Positions 37,624-48,400 of a stretch of DNA of 64,000 nt are shown here, one piece after another; position 1 is the first letter of the stretch; each line of letters starts with the position of its first letter. The position numbers were made by a program, and so were the translations under genes. Below the pieces are notes generated by a model. It was given only the letters and a program-made list of their open reading frames with translations, searched no databases and was not told where the DNA came from. Source of the stretch: a virus; the IMG/VR virus record IMGVR_UViG_3300031707_000003, positions 47,678-111,677 of that record. The stretch is one strand, 5' to 3'.

Positions 37624-38784
37624 ATGGACCACTACGCCTTCCTGCTCGTCTCGATGACGCTGGAAGAAGCCAAGGAAACGCTTGGCTTTCTCCCCAGTGA
37701 TCAACCGTCCGATCAGCAGGTCAAGGATGCCTGGAAAAAGAAGGTCTTCGAGGCTCATCCTGACCGTGGAGGGGATCCTGACAAGGCGGTAGCCCTCAAC
37801 GTCGCCAAGGACGTCCTCGATGGGAAGCAGCGCCCGACCTACGACCGTTCGACGCCCTCCCCTCCAGGTGGCGGCTACACGCCCCAGGATGCCCCGAAAA
37901 CGCGTTGGGAGAAGCCCAAGTCCCACAAGGTCACCTTCGACGAAGCCAAGTCCAAGGCCGGGATACCGCACGCAGAGTGGCAGTTCGCTGCGGAGATGAA
38001 GGGGACAAGCTACTCGACGGACGAGTCTTCCCGTGGCGACCGCTCGTACGTCATCTACGGCAGGACGGAATCGAAGCACATCTTCGTTGCGATGCGTCAC
38101 CAGACGTACCAGACCTTCTACGTCGGCGGCGATGCGGACGAAGACACCTGGACCATGAAGGTTACCGACTACCCCGTCCGAGGGGAGGAGGGGAAGACAC
38201 CTGCCTGGCTCTACGGCAACGTCGTCAAGGCGTTCAAGTCGGTCGGTGCGGACGGGCGGTTCAACTCGAAAGTCTTCGATCTGTCGGACAAGCACTGGGT
38301 CTTCAGCGAGAAGTTTCCAGCGATGGGCTCGGCGGTCTCGATCAAGCACTGGCTCGTGGGATCAGGATCGGTGGCAGGGGACGACCCCTCGGTCGCGACC
38401 CGCAAGCACATCATCGAGCTGAACCACGAGACGGATCGGCCGTACGCGGACCAGGGGATCAAACCCGGCTTCTTCGAGGAGCCCCACGAGCGCTGGAACT
38501 TCTGGGACAACACCTACCACGGCGACTTCCACAAGCTCACGCTTCTCGTGAACACCCGGCCGTACGACTTCTCAGCCGAGGAGACGAAGCGTTTTCTTGG
38601 TCTCAAGCTCGGCGGCAAGCGTATCCTCAACGTGATCTACGGGGATTACCCTCGCGGGGGTAAGAAGATCGTCACCCGCCTGAAGGCCGCAAAACCCCTT
38701 CTGGAGTGGTTCGGGACGCACTTGCAAGGGCTGCCTCAGGATGCGAAGGACGCTCTTTTGACTGCGGCTGCCGCTGTGAAGTGA
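37624..38784 (+). CDS. J-domain (DnaJ N-terminal) protein with an unknown C-terminal domain
   Basis: 'EAKETLG...VKDAWKKKVFEAHPDRGGD...LNVAKDVL' contains the HPD motif. The ATG at 37624 is preferred over the ORF-track start at 37405, which overlaps speD. Confidence 0.8.
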   Translation: MDHYAFLLVSMTLEEAKETLGFLPSDQPSDQQVKDAWKKKVFEAHPDRGGDPDKAVALNVAKDVLDGKQRPTYDRSTPSPPGGGYTPQDAPKTRWEKPKSHKVTFDEAKSKAGIPHAEWQFAAEMKGTSYSTDESSRGDRSYVIYGRTESKHIFVAMRHQTYQTFYVGGDADEDTWTMKVTDYPVRGEEGKTPAWLYGNVVKAFKSVGADGRFNSKVFDLSDKHWVFSEKFPAMGSAVSIKHWLVGSGSVAGDDPSVATRKHIIELNHETDRPYADQGIKPGFFEEPHERWNFWDNTYHGDFHKLTLLVNTRPYDFSAEETKRFLGLKLGGKRILNVIYGDYPRGGKKIVTRLKAAKPLLEWFGTHLQGLPQDAKDALLTAAAAVK

Positions 38785-38785
38785 T

Positions 38786-38793
38786 CCGGTGTA
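38786..38793 (+). promoter_or_regulatory. CCGGTGTA motif upstream of the SNF2 gene
   Basis: Exact 8-mer, 12 nt before ATG 38806; recurs before other replication/metabolic genes. Confidence 0.65.
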
Positions 38794-38805
38794 GTTGTGG
38801 GGGCT

Positions 38806-41800
38806 ATGACCCAGCCGAGCCCCTCAGCTACCGACAAGCATCTCGCCCTTGTTGACGAGATTCGACGGATCCGCGAGTCGAAGACCGTGGCGTTCAAGCG
38901 CCCGGCGACGCGGTTGAAGACCACCATCGCCGGCCTCAATGGTCAACCGCAACCGTTGACCCTCCGCTATTACCAGGTCGTCGGGACGTTCAACCTCCTC
39001 AAGCTCCGCCGGATGCTTCTTGGGGATGGGACCGGGCTAGGCAAGTGCGAGGTGGGGAGCACCCTTCTTCTGACGTCCCAGGGGCTTCGCCCGATCGAAA
39101 CCCTCGCCCCGGCCTCCCTTGACCGTGCGTCATCCCCTGATGAGGGGTTCTACGACATGGATCACCAGGTCGACGTCTGGACCGGCCGGAGGATGGCAAA
39201 AGTCTCCCGCTTCTACTGGAGCGGGAAGAAGCCCACCCTCAAGGTGACCACTCGCAACGGGTACCAGTTCGAAGGGACGCTCGTTCACCCGATGCGAGTT
39301 CGCGATGAGGGCGGGGAAGCCTGGAAGGAACTCCGGTGGGTCCGCGAAGGAGACTTCCTTTGTGTGGGCCGTTCAGAGGCTCCGTTCCCCCAAGAAGATC
39401 CGAGAATTACGTTTGACGCCGCAGCCCTCTCCACCAACGCGAAGACGTATACCTACCCGACGATCTTGACGCCCGAGCTGGCGACGCTCCTCGGGTACAT
39501 TGTGGCCGAGGGTCATAGCCGTAAGTATGGAGTAACCGTTACGCAGTTTCGCGATCTGAACCCGGAGCCCCACGAGGAGATTCGGGATCTCTTTCAGTCC
39601 GCCTTCGGGTGGGAGGGCAACTACCATGACCTCGAACGTGACACCGCCATCAAGGTACCGAGCATCGGCATCCGTGAATTTCTCAGGACTCTTGGCATTG
39701 GGGACGAGCTTTCCCGTACCAAGTCGGTTCCCGATGTTGTTTTACGGGGAACCAGAGAATCGGTGCGCGGATTTCTCTCGGCGCTGATCGAGTCGGAAGG
39801 GTCCGTGGCCGACGGTGGCGGTGTTGAGTTCTCTTCATCCTCCGAAACCCTCGCGCGGCAAACCCAGCTTCTTTTGCTTCGCTTTGGGGTTATTTCGACC
39901 CTCTCCGAAAAACACATCAAGGGAAATGACCACACATACTGGCGGCTGACCTTCTTTGGCGATGACGCCCGACTCTACCAGGAACGAGTCGGGTTTCGAT
40001 CAAGCCGTAAGGGAGATGACTTGAGGGCGAGTCTCGCAAAGACTTCGAACCCAAACAAGGATCTCGTACCTCACGCACAAGAGCCCGTTCGAGCCTTGAA
40101 AGCGCGGATCCTCGACGTCTCATCGCGGTCGGGCGCCAACGATCGCCGCAAGGGGTCCGGGATCAAACAGTTCGGCGAGACCTTTCAAAGTACCCTCAAA
40201 CACATCCTTTTGGGCCATCGAAACCCAAGCTACTCTTGGCTCGTCAAGCTCTTGGGGGTCTCCCACGAACTTGGGTTGTCGACGTCCCCCGAGTACGAGG
40301 CGGTTCTCGCGCTGGTGCGCGACCGGCACTTCTACGACCCCGTGGTGAAGATCGAACCCGGCGAAGCCGAGGTCATGGACATCGAGGTCGATGACCCCGA
40401 GCACTGCTACATCGCCAACGGACTTCTGAGCCACAACACGGTCCAGGTCATCGCCTTCCTCTGCTACCTCTGGGAGTCCGAGCACGACAGCAAGGCGATC
40501 GTGGTCTCACCGAAGAGCGCTCTCCGTCAGTGGAAGAGCGAGATTGAGCGGTTCTCTACGGGTATCAAGTCGTTCGTTGTCTCCGGTAGCGCCGAGGAAC
40601 GGAAAGCCATCTACGAGGCATTCCTGGAGCACCCCACGGGGCCGGATGCCGAAAAGGCTGTGCTCATCTTGAACTACCACATCCTCGTCCGGGATTGGAC
40701 AGCCGGCAGTGTGAAGCCTCGCCTCCCGGACGGACAACCGGACCCCAAGCAGCCTGCCTCGCCTGGCCTGCTCGATGGGATGTTGGCGAAGCTGAAGAAC
40801 CCGATCGTCATCTACGATGAGTGCACGGCCTTCAAGAACCCGAGCACGAAAACCTGGCAGGTATGCCGGTTCCTCGCGGACAGGGCGAATCGCGTCTATG
40901 GGCTCACGGCGACGTTGCTCAAGAACAAGCTCATGGAAGGCTTCTCGATCTACAAGGTCATCGTTCCGGAGGTCTTCAAGTCGAAGACCGCGTTCATGAA
41001 CGACTACTGCGTCACGAAGCTCCAATCGATCGCCGGGAGCAACCGGAAGATACCGATTGTCGTCGGGTACAAGAACCTCGCGGCCTTCCGCGCCAAGATC
41101 GATCTCTACTTCCTCGGGAGGCCCAAGCATGTCGTCTCGGATGAGCTGCCCAAGCTCATCACGAAGGAGGTCACGTGTGTGATGTCCAAGGCCGAGGACG
41201 CCAAGTACAAGCAGGCGCTCTCCGGTGTCCTCGAAATGGGGGACGGGGAGGTCAAGGATTACGAGGAACACAAGGCGTTCGTTGCGCTCACGTACTGTCA
41301 GCAGGTTGTTGACTCTCTGAGCCTTCTGAAGTTCAAAGACGGGGACGTCATCGAGGACTTCCTCTTCGACGAATCGGTCAAAGTCGATGGACTGGGCTCG
41401 AAGGAGCAGGCCCTCGTAGACCTCATCACGGAGGAGTTCGACGAGGAGAAAGTCATCGTCTACACGCGCTTTGCGAGCCTCGTTCCACGTCTTCGGGAGA
41501 TCCTGAAAAACGAGGGGATCAAGAGCGTCGAAATCAGCGGCAACGTGAAAGACACGGCCACGAACCCACGTCGGCAGCAGGCTCAGGAGGCGTTTCAGAA
41601 CCAGGAGAGCGACGTCCGGGTCATCATCATCACCGACGCCGGATCGGAGGCCATCAACCTCCAGGCAGCGTCAGCCATCATCTTCTACGACTCGCCGTGG
41701 TCCTGGGGGAACTACGTACAGCTCCTCGGCCGTCCGATCCGCATCGGGTCTCCGCACCAACACGTTGTGGCCGTGCACATCGTGGCGGAGCGGCCTCGGG

Positions 41801-41970
41801 ACGCCAAAAAAGACCGCAAGACCATCGACCACTACACGATCGAACTCCTTCAGCGGAAAAAGGACCTTGTGGATAAGGTGTTGGGAGAATCGGCCGTGGG
41901 CGCCCTCGACTTCGGGACGGGGAAGAGCTTCCAGGCGGAGCTGATCGAGAACCTTCGGACCGGGAAATGA
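38806..41970 (+). CDS. SNF2-family helicase/ATPase containing an intein
   Basis: 'LRYYQ', Walker A 'GDGTGLGK|intein|T', 'YDEC', 'GLTAT', 'TDAGSEAINLQAA', 'QLLGRPIRIG'. Confidence 0.9.
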   Translation: MTQPSPSATDKHLALVDEIRRIRESKTVAFKRPATRLKTTIAGLNGQPQPLTLRYYQVVGTFNLLKLRRMLLGDGTGLGKCEVGSTLLLTSQGLRPIETLAPASLDRASSPDEGFYDMDHQVDVWTGRRMAKVSRFYWSGKKPTLKVTTRNGYQFEGTLVHPMRVRDEGGEAWKELRWVREGDFLCVGRSEAPFPQEDPRITFDAAALSTNAKTYTYPTILTPELATLLGYIVAEGHSRKYGVTVTQFRDLNPEPHEEIRDLFQSAFGWEGNYHDLERDTAIKVPSIGIREFLRTLGIGDELSRTKSVPDVVLRGTRESVRGFLSALIESEGSVADGGGVEFSSSSETLARQTQLLLLRFGVISTLSEKHIKGNDHTYWRLTFFGDDARLYQERVGFRSSRKGDDLRASLAKTSNPNKDLVPHAQEPVRALKARILDVSSRSGANDRRKGSGIKQFGETFQSTLKHILLGHRNPSYSWLVKLLGVSHELGLSTSPEYEAVLALVRDRHFYDPVVKIEPGEAEVMDIEVDDPEHCYIANGLLSHNTVQVIAFLCYLWESEHDSKAIVVSPKSALRQWKSEIERFSTGIKSFVVSGSAEERKAIYEAFLEHPTGPDAEKAVLILNYHILVRDWTAGSVKPRLPDGQPDPKQPASPGLLDGMLAKLKNPIVIYDECTAFKNPSTKTWQVCRFLADRANRVYGLTATLLKNKLMEGFSIYKVIVPEVFKSKTAFMNDYCVTKLQSIAGSNRKIPIVVGYKNLAAFRAKIDLYFLGRPKHVVSDELPKLITKEVTCVMSKAEDAKYKQALSGVLEMGDGEVKDYEEHKAFVALTYCQQVVDSLSLLKFKDGDVIEDFLFDESVKVDGLGSKEQALVDLITEEFDEEKVIVYTRFASLVPRLREILKNEGIKSVEISGNVKDTATNPRRQQAQEAFQNQESDVRVIIITDAGSEAINLQAASAIIFYDSPWSWGNYVQLLGRPIRIGSPHQHVVAVHIVAERPRDAKKDRKTIDHYTIELLQRKKDLVDKVLGESAVGALDFGTGKSFQAELIENLRTGK
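39046..40437 (+). mobile_element. Intein (464 aa) with a LAGLIDADG homing endonuclease, inserted in the SNF2 Walker A
   Basis: Starts with C (CEVGSTLLLT); block B 'GTLVHP'; LAGLIDADG motifs 'LLGYIVAEG' and 'FLSALIESEG'; ends 'ANGLLSHN' followed by +1 Thr. Confidence 0.92.
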
Positions 41971-41991
41971 GGCGTCTCAGGGGTGACTCGG

Positions 41992-41999
41992 CCGGTGTA
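41992..41999 (+). promoter_or_regulatory. CCGGTGTA motif upstream of the DnaC-like/DnaB operon
   Basis: Exact 8-mer, 13 nt before ATG 42013. Confidence 0.65.
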
Positions 42000-42012
42000 G
42001 TCTCCGCCCCAC

Positions 42013-42948
42013 ATGGGTGACGCGCCTACAAACATCTGCCCCAAGTGCGACGGTCGAGAGTGGATCATCTACGACGATCTCCACGAGGACCCCTGCACTT
42101 GCCTTCAAGCGCGGATGCTCCGGGAGCACCTGGAAAAGCTCGGTCCTGACATCGCGATGGCCCCTAGGCGGCACAGTCCGCTGTTCAACGGTGTCCCCGG
42201 AGAGGACGCGATCGACCGAACGACAGAGAACCTCTTCATCCACGGTCATTGGCAAAATCTCTGCGTCCACCTCAGATGGGCTCTGTCGGCCAAGCTCCTC
42301 AAGTTGTTGAAGGCCAAGCAAAAGCATAGGGTTCGCATCATCACGGACGAGAGCCTTGTCGATATCTGGTTAGGGAGGAGCGATTACGCCCGCCGCCCGA
42401 AAAGTGAACGTGAGGACGGCACCAGCGTCAACACGCTCTCCGAGTACGTCGGGAGCCACGACCTCCTTATCCTTCGCTTTGGGTTTTTAGGGTACCCCAA
42501 CAAAGCGCTCCCCGGCATCATCAAGCAGGCCCTTGGGATCCGTGAAGTGCAACTTAAACCGACGTGGTTGATCGATTCCCCCACGAATGAGTTCGAGACG
42601 ACGCTCGCGTACAGCTCGGATCTGGCTCGGTACATCCAAGAGCACTACGAGTCCGTGCGCTTCGACGAGGAGGTCCTGGAGCCGGACCCTGTCCGTGGGC
42701 CTACTGTGGTTTCGTCATCGGCAGAGGCAGATGACGATTCAGACGAAGTGGCCATGGGCGGTGTACCTGCTCCCCCTGTACCCAAAGCATCGCCACCGCC
42801 ACGTCGTCAACCCATGTCAACTGAGCAACCTCGCGTGACCCCCGCTGACGACTTGGACCAACCGGGTGGCTCGTCGAAAGGGCGCTCGCAGCCCGGAAGT
42901 TACCTTCGTAAAAAAGGCTCTGGCGGCTGGGGAGGGGAGGATATCTAA
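42013..42948 (+). CDS. Degenerate DnaC/IstB-like helicase loader
   Basis: N-terminal CxxC...CxC; 'ENLFIHG' and 'DLLILRFG' lie where Walker A/B would be; TAATG-coupled to DnaB. Confidence 0.55.
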   Translation: MGDAPTNICPKCDGREWIIYDDLHEDPCTCLQARMLREHLEKLGPDIAMAPRRHSPLFNGVPGEDAIDRTTENLFIHGHWQNLCVHLRWALSAKLLKLLKAKQKHRVRIITDESLVDIWLGRSDYARRPKSEREDGTSVNTLSEYVGSHDLLILRFGFLGYPNKALPGIIKQALGIREVQLKPTWLIDSPTNEFETTLAYSSDLARYIQEHYESVRFDEEVLEPDPVRGPTVVSSSAEADDDSDEVAMGGVPAPPVPKASPPPRRQPMSTEQPRVTPADDLDQPGGSSKGRSQPGSYLRKKGSGGWGGEDI

Positions 42949-44414
42949 TGAAGCGCCTCCTTCGGTCGGTCATTGACATCGACGGGCAGTTCACCCAAGA
43001 GAACCTCGTTCTCAACTTCCAGAAGCTCCTTGGGGCCCAAGTCGATTGGGGTCGCCCTGACGACACCAAGGTCTTCACGTACATCCACGGGTACTTCATC
43101 CAGCACCTCGAAGTCCCTTCGGCCACCACGCTCTTCGACCACTTCGAGCGCCTCAAGGACGTCGAGTGCATCGAGCGCATCAAGGACTACAAAGCAGTCC
43201 AGGGGTACATCCGGACGAACTTTACGCACCTCCTGCAAACCATCCTGGAGGAGCAGAACAAAATCAAGGCCGTCGCGCTCTTGAAGGAAGCGCACGAGAT
43301 CATCGCTCGTGGCTTGGAGATCGACGGCGAGAAGAAGTCCGGTGTTCGGGACGGCCTCATCCACTTCGCGCAGAAGGCGAACGACCTCATCGTCCCGGAC
43401 TTCAACGCCCGTATTCGAGGCGATATCCGTCTCGACGGGCAGGCGATGATCGATGAGTACCAGTTGGCCGAGACCAACAAGGACAAGGTCTGGGGGAAGT
43501 TCACGGGGATCAACGAGATCGACAAGAACTGTCGTGGCGCCAAGAAGGGCGAGCTATGGGTTCACGCAGCTTACCCAGGTGAGTTGAAGACCACATTCGC
43601 TGCAAACTGGTGCTACAACCTCGTCACCCGCTACAAAACGAACGTCTGTTACGTTTCGTTGGAGATGCCCTATGAGCAGGTGCGTCGCCAAGTCTACACG
43701 ATTCACACGTCGAACATGCTCTGGCATCTCCAGGGGATCAAGGCTCTCGACTACCGCAAGATCCGCGACGGCGAGCTGAGCCCGGAGGAGAAGAAGTTCT
43801 ACCAGGAGCGGGTCGTCGAAGACTTCTCGAACAGCCCTCACTACACGAAGTTCGAGGTCGTCACTCCCGACAAGGAGTGGAACATGAACGACATCCGGAT
43901 GGAGCTGGAGCTGCTTCACAAGCAGTTCGAGGTCGGCTTCGTTGTCATCGACCACGGCCAGTGGGTTGAGGCTCGCAAGGGCAAGAAGAACAGCAACTAC
44001 GTTGTCGAGCTGAACTCCGTCGTTCGTGACGCCAAGCGGCTCGCTCTGCACTTCAACCACCGAGAGGGGATCCCCGTCCTTCTCCTGTGGCAGATCAACC
44101 GCGAGGGTAAGGACGACGCCGACAAGAGCGATGGCATCTACAAGGCCAAAGCGCTCACGTACGCAAACGAGGTCGAGAAGACGGCAGACGTCATCACCAC
44201 GACGTACCTCAACGACGAACACCGCAAGAACGGCACGACCAAGTTCACGAACATCAAGAACCGGGACAACCCCCTCTTCGAGCCCTTTCTCGCACGCATC
44301 GACTTCGCTTGCCGCCGCATCCGCAACATTGGCGTCGACGAGAAGCAGAACAGCGTGATGATGAATGATGAGGTTGACGCGGTCATGGACAGCATGGATC
44401 TCTGCCTGGTCTAA
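42948..44414 (+). CDS. dnaB: DnaB-like replicative helicase
   Basis: 'FTGINEID...KGELWVHAAYPGELKT', 'YVSLEM', 'VVIDH', 'LLWQINR', 'IKNR'. Confidence 0.85.
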   Translation: MKRLLRSVIDIDGQFTQENLVLNFQKLLGAQVDWGRPDDTKVFTYIHGYFIQHLEVPSATTLFDHFERLKDVECIERIKDYKAVQGYIRTNFTHLLQTILEEQNKIKAVALLKEAHEIIARGLEIDGEKKSGVRDGLIHFAQKANDLIVPDFNARIRGDIRLDGQAMIDEYQLAETNKDKVWGKFTGINEIDKNCRGAKKGELWVHAAYPGELKTTFAANWCYNLVTRYKTNVCYVSLEMPYEQVRRQVYTIHTSNMLWHLQGIKALDYRKIRDGELSPEEKKFYQERVVEDFSNSPHYTKFEVVTPDKEWNMNDIRMELELLHKQFEVGFVVIDHGQWVEARKGKKNSNYVVELNSVVRDAKRLALHFNHREGIPVLLLWQINREGKDDADKSDGIYKAKALTYANEVEKTADVITTTYLNDEHRKNGTTKFTNIKNRDNPLFEPFLARIDFACRRIRNIGVDEKQNSVMMNDEVDAVMDSMDLCLV

Positions 44415-45046
44415 TGGCTCGCGACTTCACCAAGGAAGCCCGGCAAGAGCACAACAATCGGGACGCGTCCCACCGCTGGATCCAGGCGCGTATCGAGGTC
44501 ATCCGTAAGGGCGTCACGGCCCAGGACATCCTCCGTCGAAACGGGATCAAGCTACGCGGGAATGGTGACCGGGAGGAGCAGTTCGCTTGCCCCTTTCATG
44601 GACGGGATAACAAGCCGTCGGCCCGCGTGTACCCGGAAACTGTCCGGGGGCCGTCCCATGTCTGGTGCTTCGTCTGTCAGGAGCGTTGGGACGTCATCAG
44701 CCTTTGGAAGAAGTTCGGCAGTAGCGACGCCAAGTTCACCCAAACACTTGGCGAAATCGAGAGGGCATTCGGCATCCTTCCGCCGGAGCGCCCCCCGGCG
44801 GACACGGGTGAAATCGGTGACGAAGAAGATCCCGTGCTCCTCGAAGTCGACATGCTTTTTCATGTCTGCGAGAGTCGCCTCAAAGACGGTCGAAATTCCT
44901 TCGACATGAAGAGCTACCTCACACTCGGCATGATCCTCGATCGCCTCTACTTCCAGGTCGAAGAGGGTATCGTGAAACCCCCGAAGGCCATCGAGATTCT
45001 CAAGACGGTCCTCAACAAGATCGGCGAGAAAGTCCGTGCCGCGTAG
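44414..45046 (+). CDS. CHC2 zinc-finger (primase zinc-binding domain) protein without TOPRIM
   Basis: 'CPFHGRDNKPSA...WCFVCQERWDVI'; only 210 aa. Confidence 0.8.
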   Translation: MARDFTKEARQEHNNRDASHRWIQARIEVIRKGVTAQDILRRNGIKLRGNGDREEQFACPFHGRDNKPSARVYPETVRGPSHVWCFVCQERWDVISLWKKFGSSDAKFTQTLGEIERAFGILPPERPPADTGEIGDEEDPVLLEVDMLFHVCESRLKDGRNSFDMKSYLTLGMILDRLYFQVEEGIVKPPKAIEILKTVLNKIGEKVRAA

Positions 45047-45476
45047 GGTCAAGGTCCAGACGAAGGAGATGGGCCTCGTCGACCTCTACCTCATCTACGA
45101 GACCGGTGGCCTGTGGGAAACCGAGTGGCAACCCCTTCAAGGGGCGAAAGGGTTCGCGGACCAGTTCGCCACCCTCGACAAAGAGCAGATGGAGCAAGCC
45201 TATTTTGGCTGGACAAGGCCCCTCGTCGCGGCCCTAGGGCCGTCCGGTGAGGGGATGCTGCTCACGGTCCCGACCGCGACGCGGCAGTGCCAGGCGCGGT
45301 CCTCGTGCCCTTTTTACCGACCTCTGGATTGTAGCTCAACAAGCAAGAAAATGCCTTGGTGTTACGTGCCCGAAGGGTTTACGGACACCGAACGAAGTCT
45401 TGCTGCTGAGTGCATCCGATTGTGGCGCGAAGGGGTGTACATCATCGTCGTGAGGGAGCCCACAGATGCCCGTTGA
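45036..45476 (+). CDS. Cys-rich hypothetical protein
   Basis: Four clustered cysteines (CQARSSCPFY..DC..PWC); overlaps its neighbours in the replication operon. Confidence 0.55.
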   Translation: MPRRVKVQTKEMGLVDLYLIYETGGLWETEWQPLQGAKGFADQFATLDKEQMEQAYFGWTRPLVAALGPSGEGMLLTVPTATRQCQARSSCPFYRPLDCSSTSKKMPWCYVPEGFTDTERSLAAECIRLWREGVYIIVVREPTDAR

Positions 45477-48400
45477 AGAGATCGATGACGAACTCCTGGC
45501 CGCTCTCAACGAGTCCCAAGCGTCAACACCCCAGCCTTCTGCGTCCCCTGCTCTGTCGGTCGAGGACGAGGGGATCGATGAAGTCTCTCCTCCGGTAGCC
45601 GCTCGTGCGGTCTCTGCGCCAGCTACTTCGTTGGAAGAGGAGGGGATCGACGAGGTTCCTCCTCCCGCTGTAGCGCTGGCCCCACCACCCCAAGCGCGTC
45701 CCGCAGATGATGACGACTTTGGGGATACCTTGGAGACGTTCGTTCAGACGAGCGGGCTCCAACAGGAACGGGAGGTCCCGGACATCCAAAAGCCGTGGAT
45801 GAAATTCCACAAGTTCATCCGATGTCAAACGGTTGCAGAGGTCGAAGAGATCGTTGATGCGGCCTTGGCTCACGGTCGTTGTGCACTTGACTTGGAGACC
45901 CAGGGTCTCGACAACCGCATCGTCTGGGATGAGCACGGCAATCCCAGTACCGTCCACCAGATCGTCGGCTTCTGTATCTCGGTTGACGGTGTGACCGGTT
46001 ACTACATCCCGATTCGGCACAAGAATTTCGACGGGCCCGACCTCAACGTTCCCGTCGCAGGTGTCGAGGCCGCTATCAAGCGTCTTTGCCTTGCGGCTCA
46101 GCCTCAGGGGACGGCCGAATCAATCGCTAAGGACCCTCTCTCTTTCCCTCAGTTCACGATCCCACCTCAGGTCGTGATCTACTTCTGGAACGGACAGTTC
46201 GATCAGGAGTTCCTTTTCCCCATCACAGGGATCGATTGGTGGCACCCGGATTCCTGGGAGGATGGGATGCTCGCCAACTTCACCCGGTACGCAGCCGACA
46301 AGGCGTTGGGTCTCAAGTACAAGGCCCCCGAGGTACTCCGGGATCCTGAGGGCAACGTCTACGAGATGACCGAGCTGAAGGATCTGTTCATCCGTGGGAT
46401 GGACATCGCGTTCGGCAACCTCGCCCCTGACGAACCAGGGGTTATCAAGTACGGTGCCTCCGACGCAATCTGCACGTACCTCTTGTGCGATGACCCTCGC
46501 CCTCACGAGAAGAAGAGGGAGAACCTCATCAAGCTCGTGAAGACAAAGCACGCCTTCACATACCGTTTGGAGAAGCAGGTCGCTCAGGCTGTCCGGGGGA
46601 TGGAGCGCCATCGCGTTAAGGTTCATCGGGGTCGCATCAAGGAGCTGTACGACGAGCATGTCCTAGAACGTGACTCGATTCTCCAACGCATCCAGGAATT
46701 CGGGGCAACGAAGGGGTGGCACGGGCTCGATCCCAACTCGTCCAAGCAGCTCTCGGACTTCTTGTTCACGGATGGGCCCAACTGCTGCAACATCACGATA
46801 ACGGCGACGAAGGACTACCCAGGCGGCAAGCCCCCCAAGAACGAGAAGTCCGGCCAGTACAAAACGGACGCCGACACGCTCGAAGGGATGGTTGCTGAGA
46901 ACGCACATGCCCCGCCCGTCCTCAAGTGGGTCGTCGAATTCCGAGGTGTTGAGAAAATCATCGGAACGTACCTCACGCACCTCCTCAACAATCCTGACAA
47001 GAACGACGAGCTGCGTTTCTCGTTCAAGCAGACGGGAGCGGGCACGGGGCGATTTTCAGCTCCGGCGAACGCGGATAAGCTCGATCACGGGTTCGGAGGG
47101 ATCCCGATCCATGGGATCCCCGGTGAGTCGTCGCTCCGAAAGACGTTCATCGCGCGGCCTGGCTACACGATCGCCAAGTGCGACTATGCAGGCCAGGAGC
47201 TTCGCATTGCGGCGAACGTCTCAGGGGAGCCCGTGTGGCTGAGGGAGTTCCTCGAAGGTGATGGGGACCTCCACTCGATCACGGCGAGGGCCTTCTACGG
47301 CACGCAAGACATCACCAAAGACCAGCGTAAGGCCGGAAAGATAGCCAACTTCGCGCTCATCTACGGTGGCGGTCCGCAAGCCATCATGCGAGCGACCGGA
47401 TGCGATAAGGTTGAAGGGTCGCGCCGAAAGCAGGCCTTCGACAAGTCCGTCCCAACCTTCGCGGGATGGATCAAGAAGCAGCACGCGGCCGTCAAGAGGG
47501 ATGAGGGTGTGACCACGGCGTTCGGACGCTGGCTTGCTGTTCCCGATGCCAACATCAACACTGGCGTTCCTGAGCATGACCGCATGGTTCAAGCTGCGTG
47601 TGAGCGGTACTCGACGAACTACCCCATCCAGGGGGCGGGCGCCGACATCATGAAGATCAGCATGGTCTTGCTCCACAAGGAATTCTTCAAGCGGGGCTGG
47701 CTCCGCACGGGCGGGGACGATTCCGTTCGCATGCTCATGACGGTGCATGACGAAATTGTCTTCGAGATCAAGCATGACCGTGTAGCCGAGGCCATCCCTC
47801 TCATCGTGAAGGTGATGGAGTCCCCGACGAAGCTCGCCAAGCCCTCGTGGCGAGTTCCTCTCATCGTCGAACCCCTCATCGGACCGAACTGGGGTTCAGG
47901 CTACAAGTGTGAGCATGCCAAGCCGGGTCATGGGCCCAAGCCAAACGAGATCCTCGTCCAAGGCTTCATCTACGGTAGGATCCGTGTGGTCGATCTGGGC
48001 AAGGACAAGCCCGAGGAGTCCGATGGGGAGGTCGAAGACTTCCGCGATGAGAAGGGGAAGAAGATTGGCATCCGTATTGTCGACCCCCCGTGGCTGCGGA
48101 ATGTCACTCCTGACGACCCGAACGCACCGCCGGGAGAAGCACCGCCGGAAGGAGGCTCTGAAGGAGAGCCTCCGAAGTCACCCTCCGCAACCCCTGGGCC
48201 TACCGATGCCGATTCTCCGGTTGACCTAGCGGCAGAGGGTATTCCGACGGAAGTGGCGCCCCCGGTGACCGCGCCCCCACCGGCACCCAAACATGCCTCT
48301 CCCCCCGCAGCGGCGAAGAAGAACGGGAAGAGTCGGGTCGTAACGATGAAGATTTGGCGGTTGAATGGGCTCACCGTAAAACAGGTGCGAATGGCCTGTT

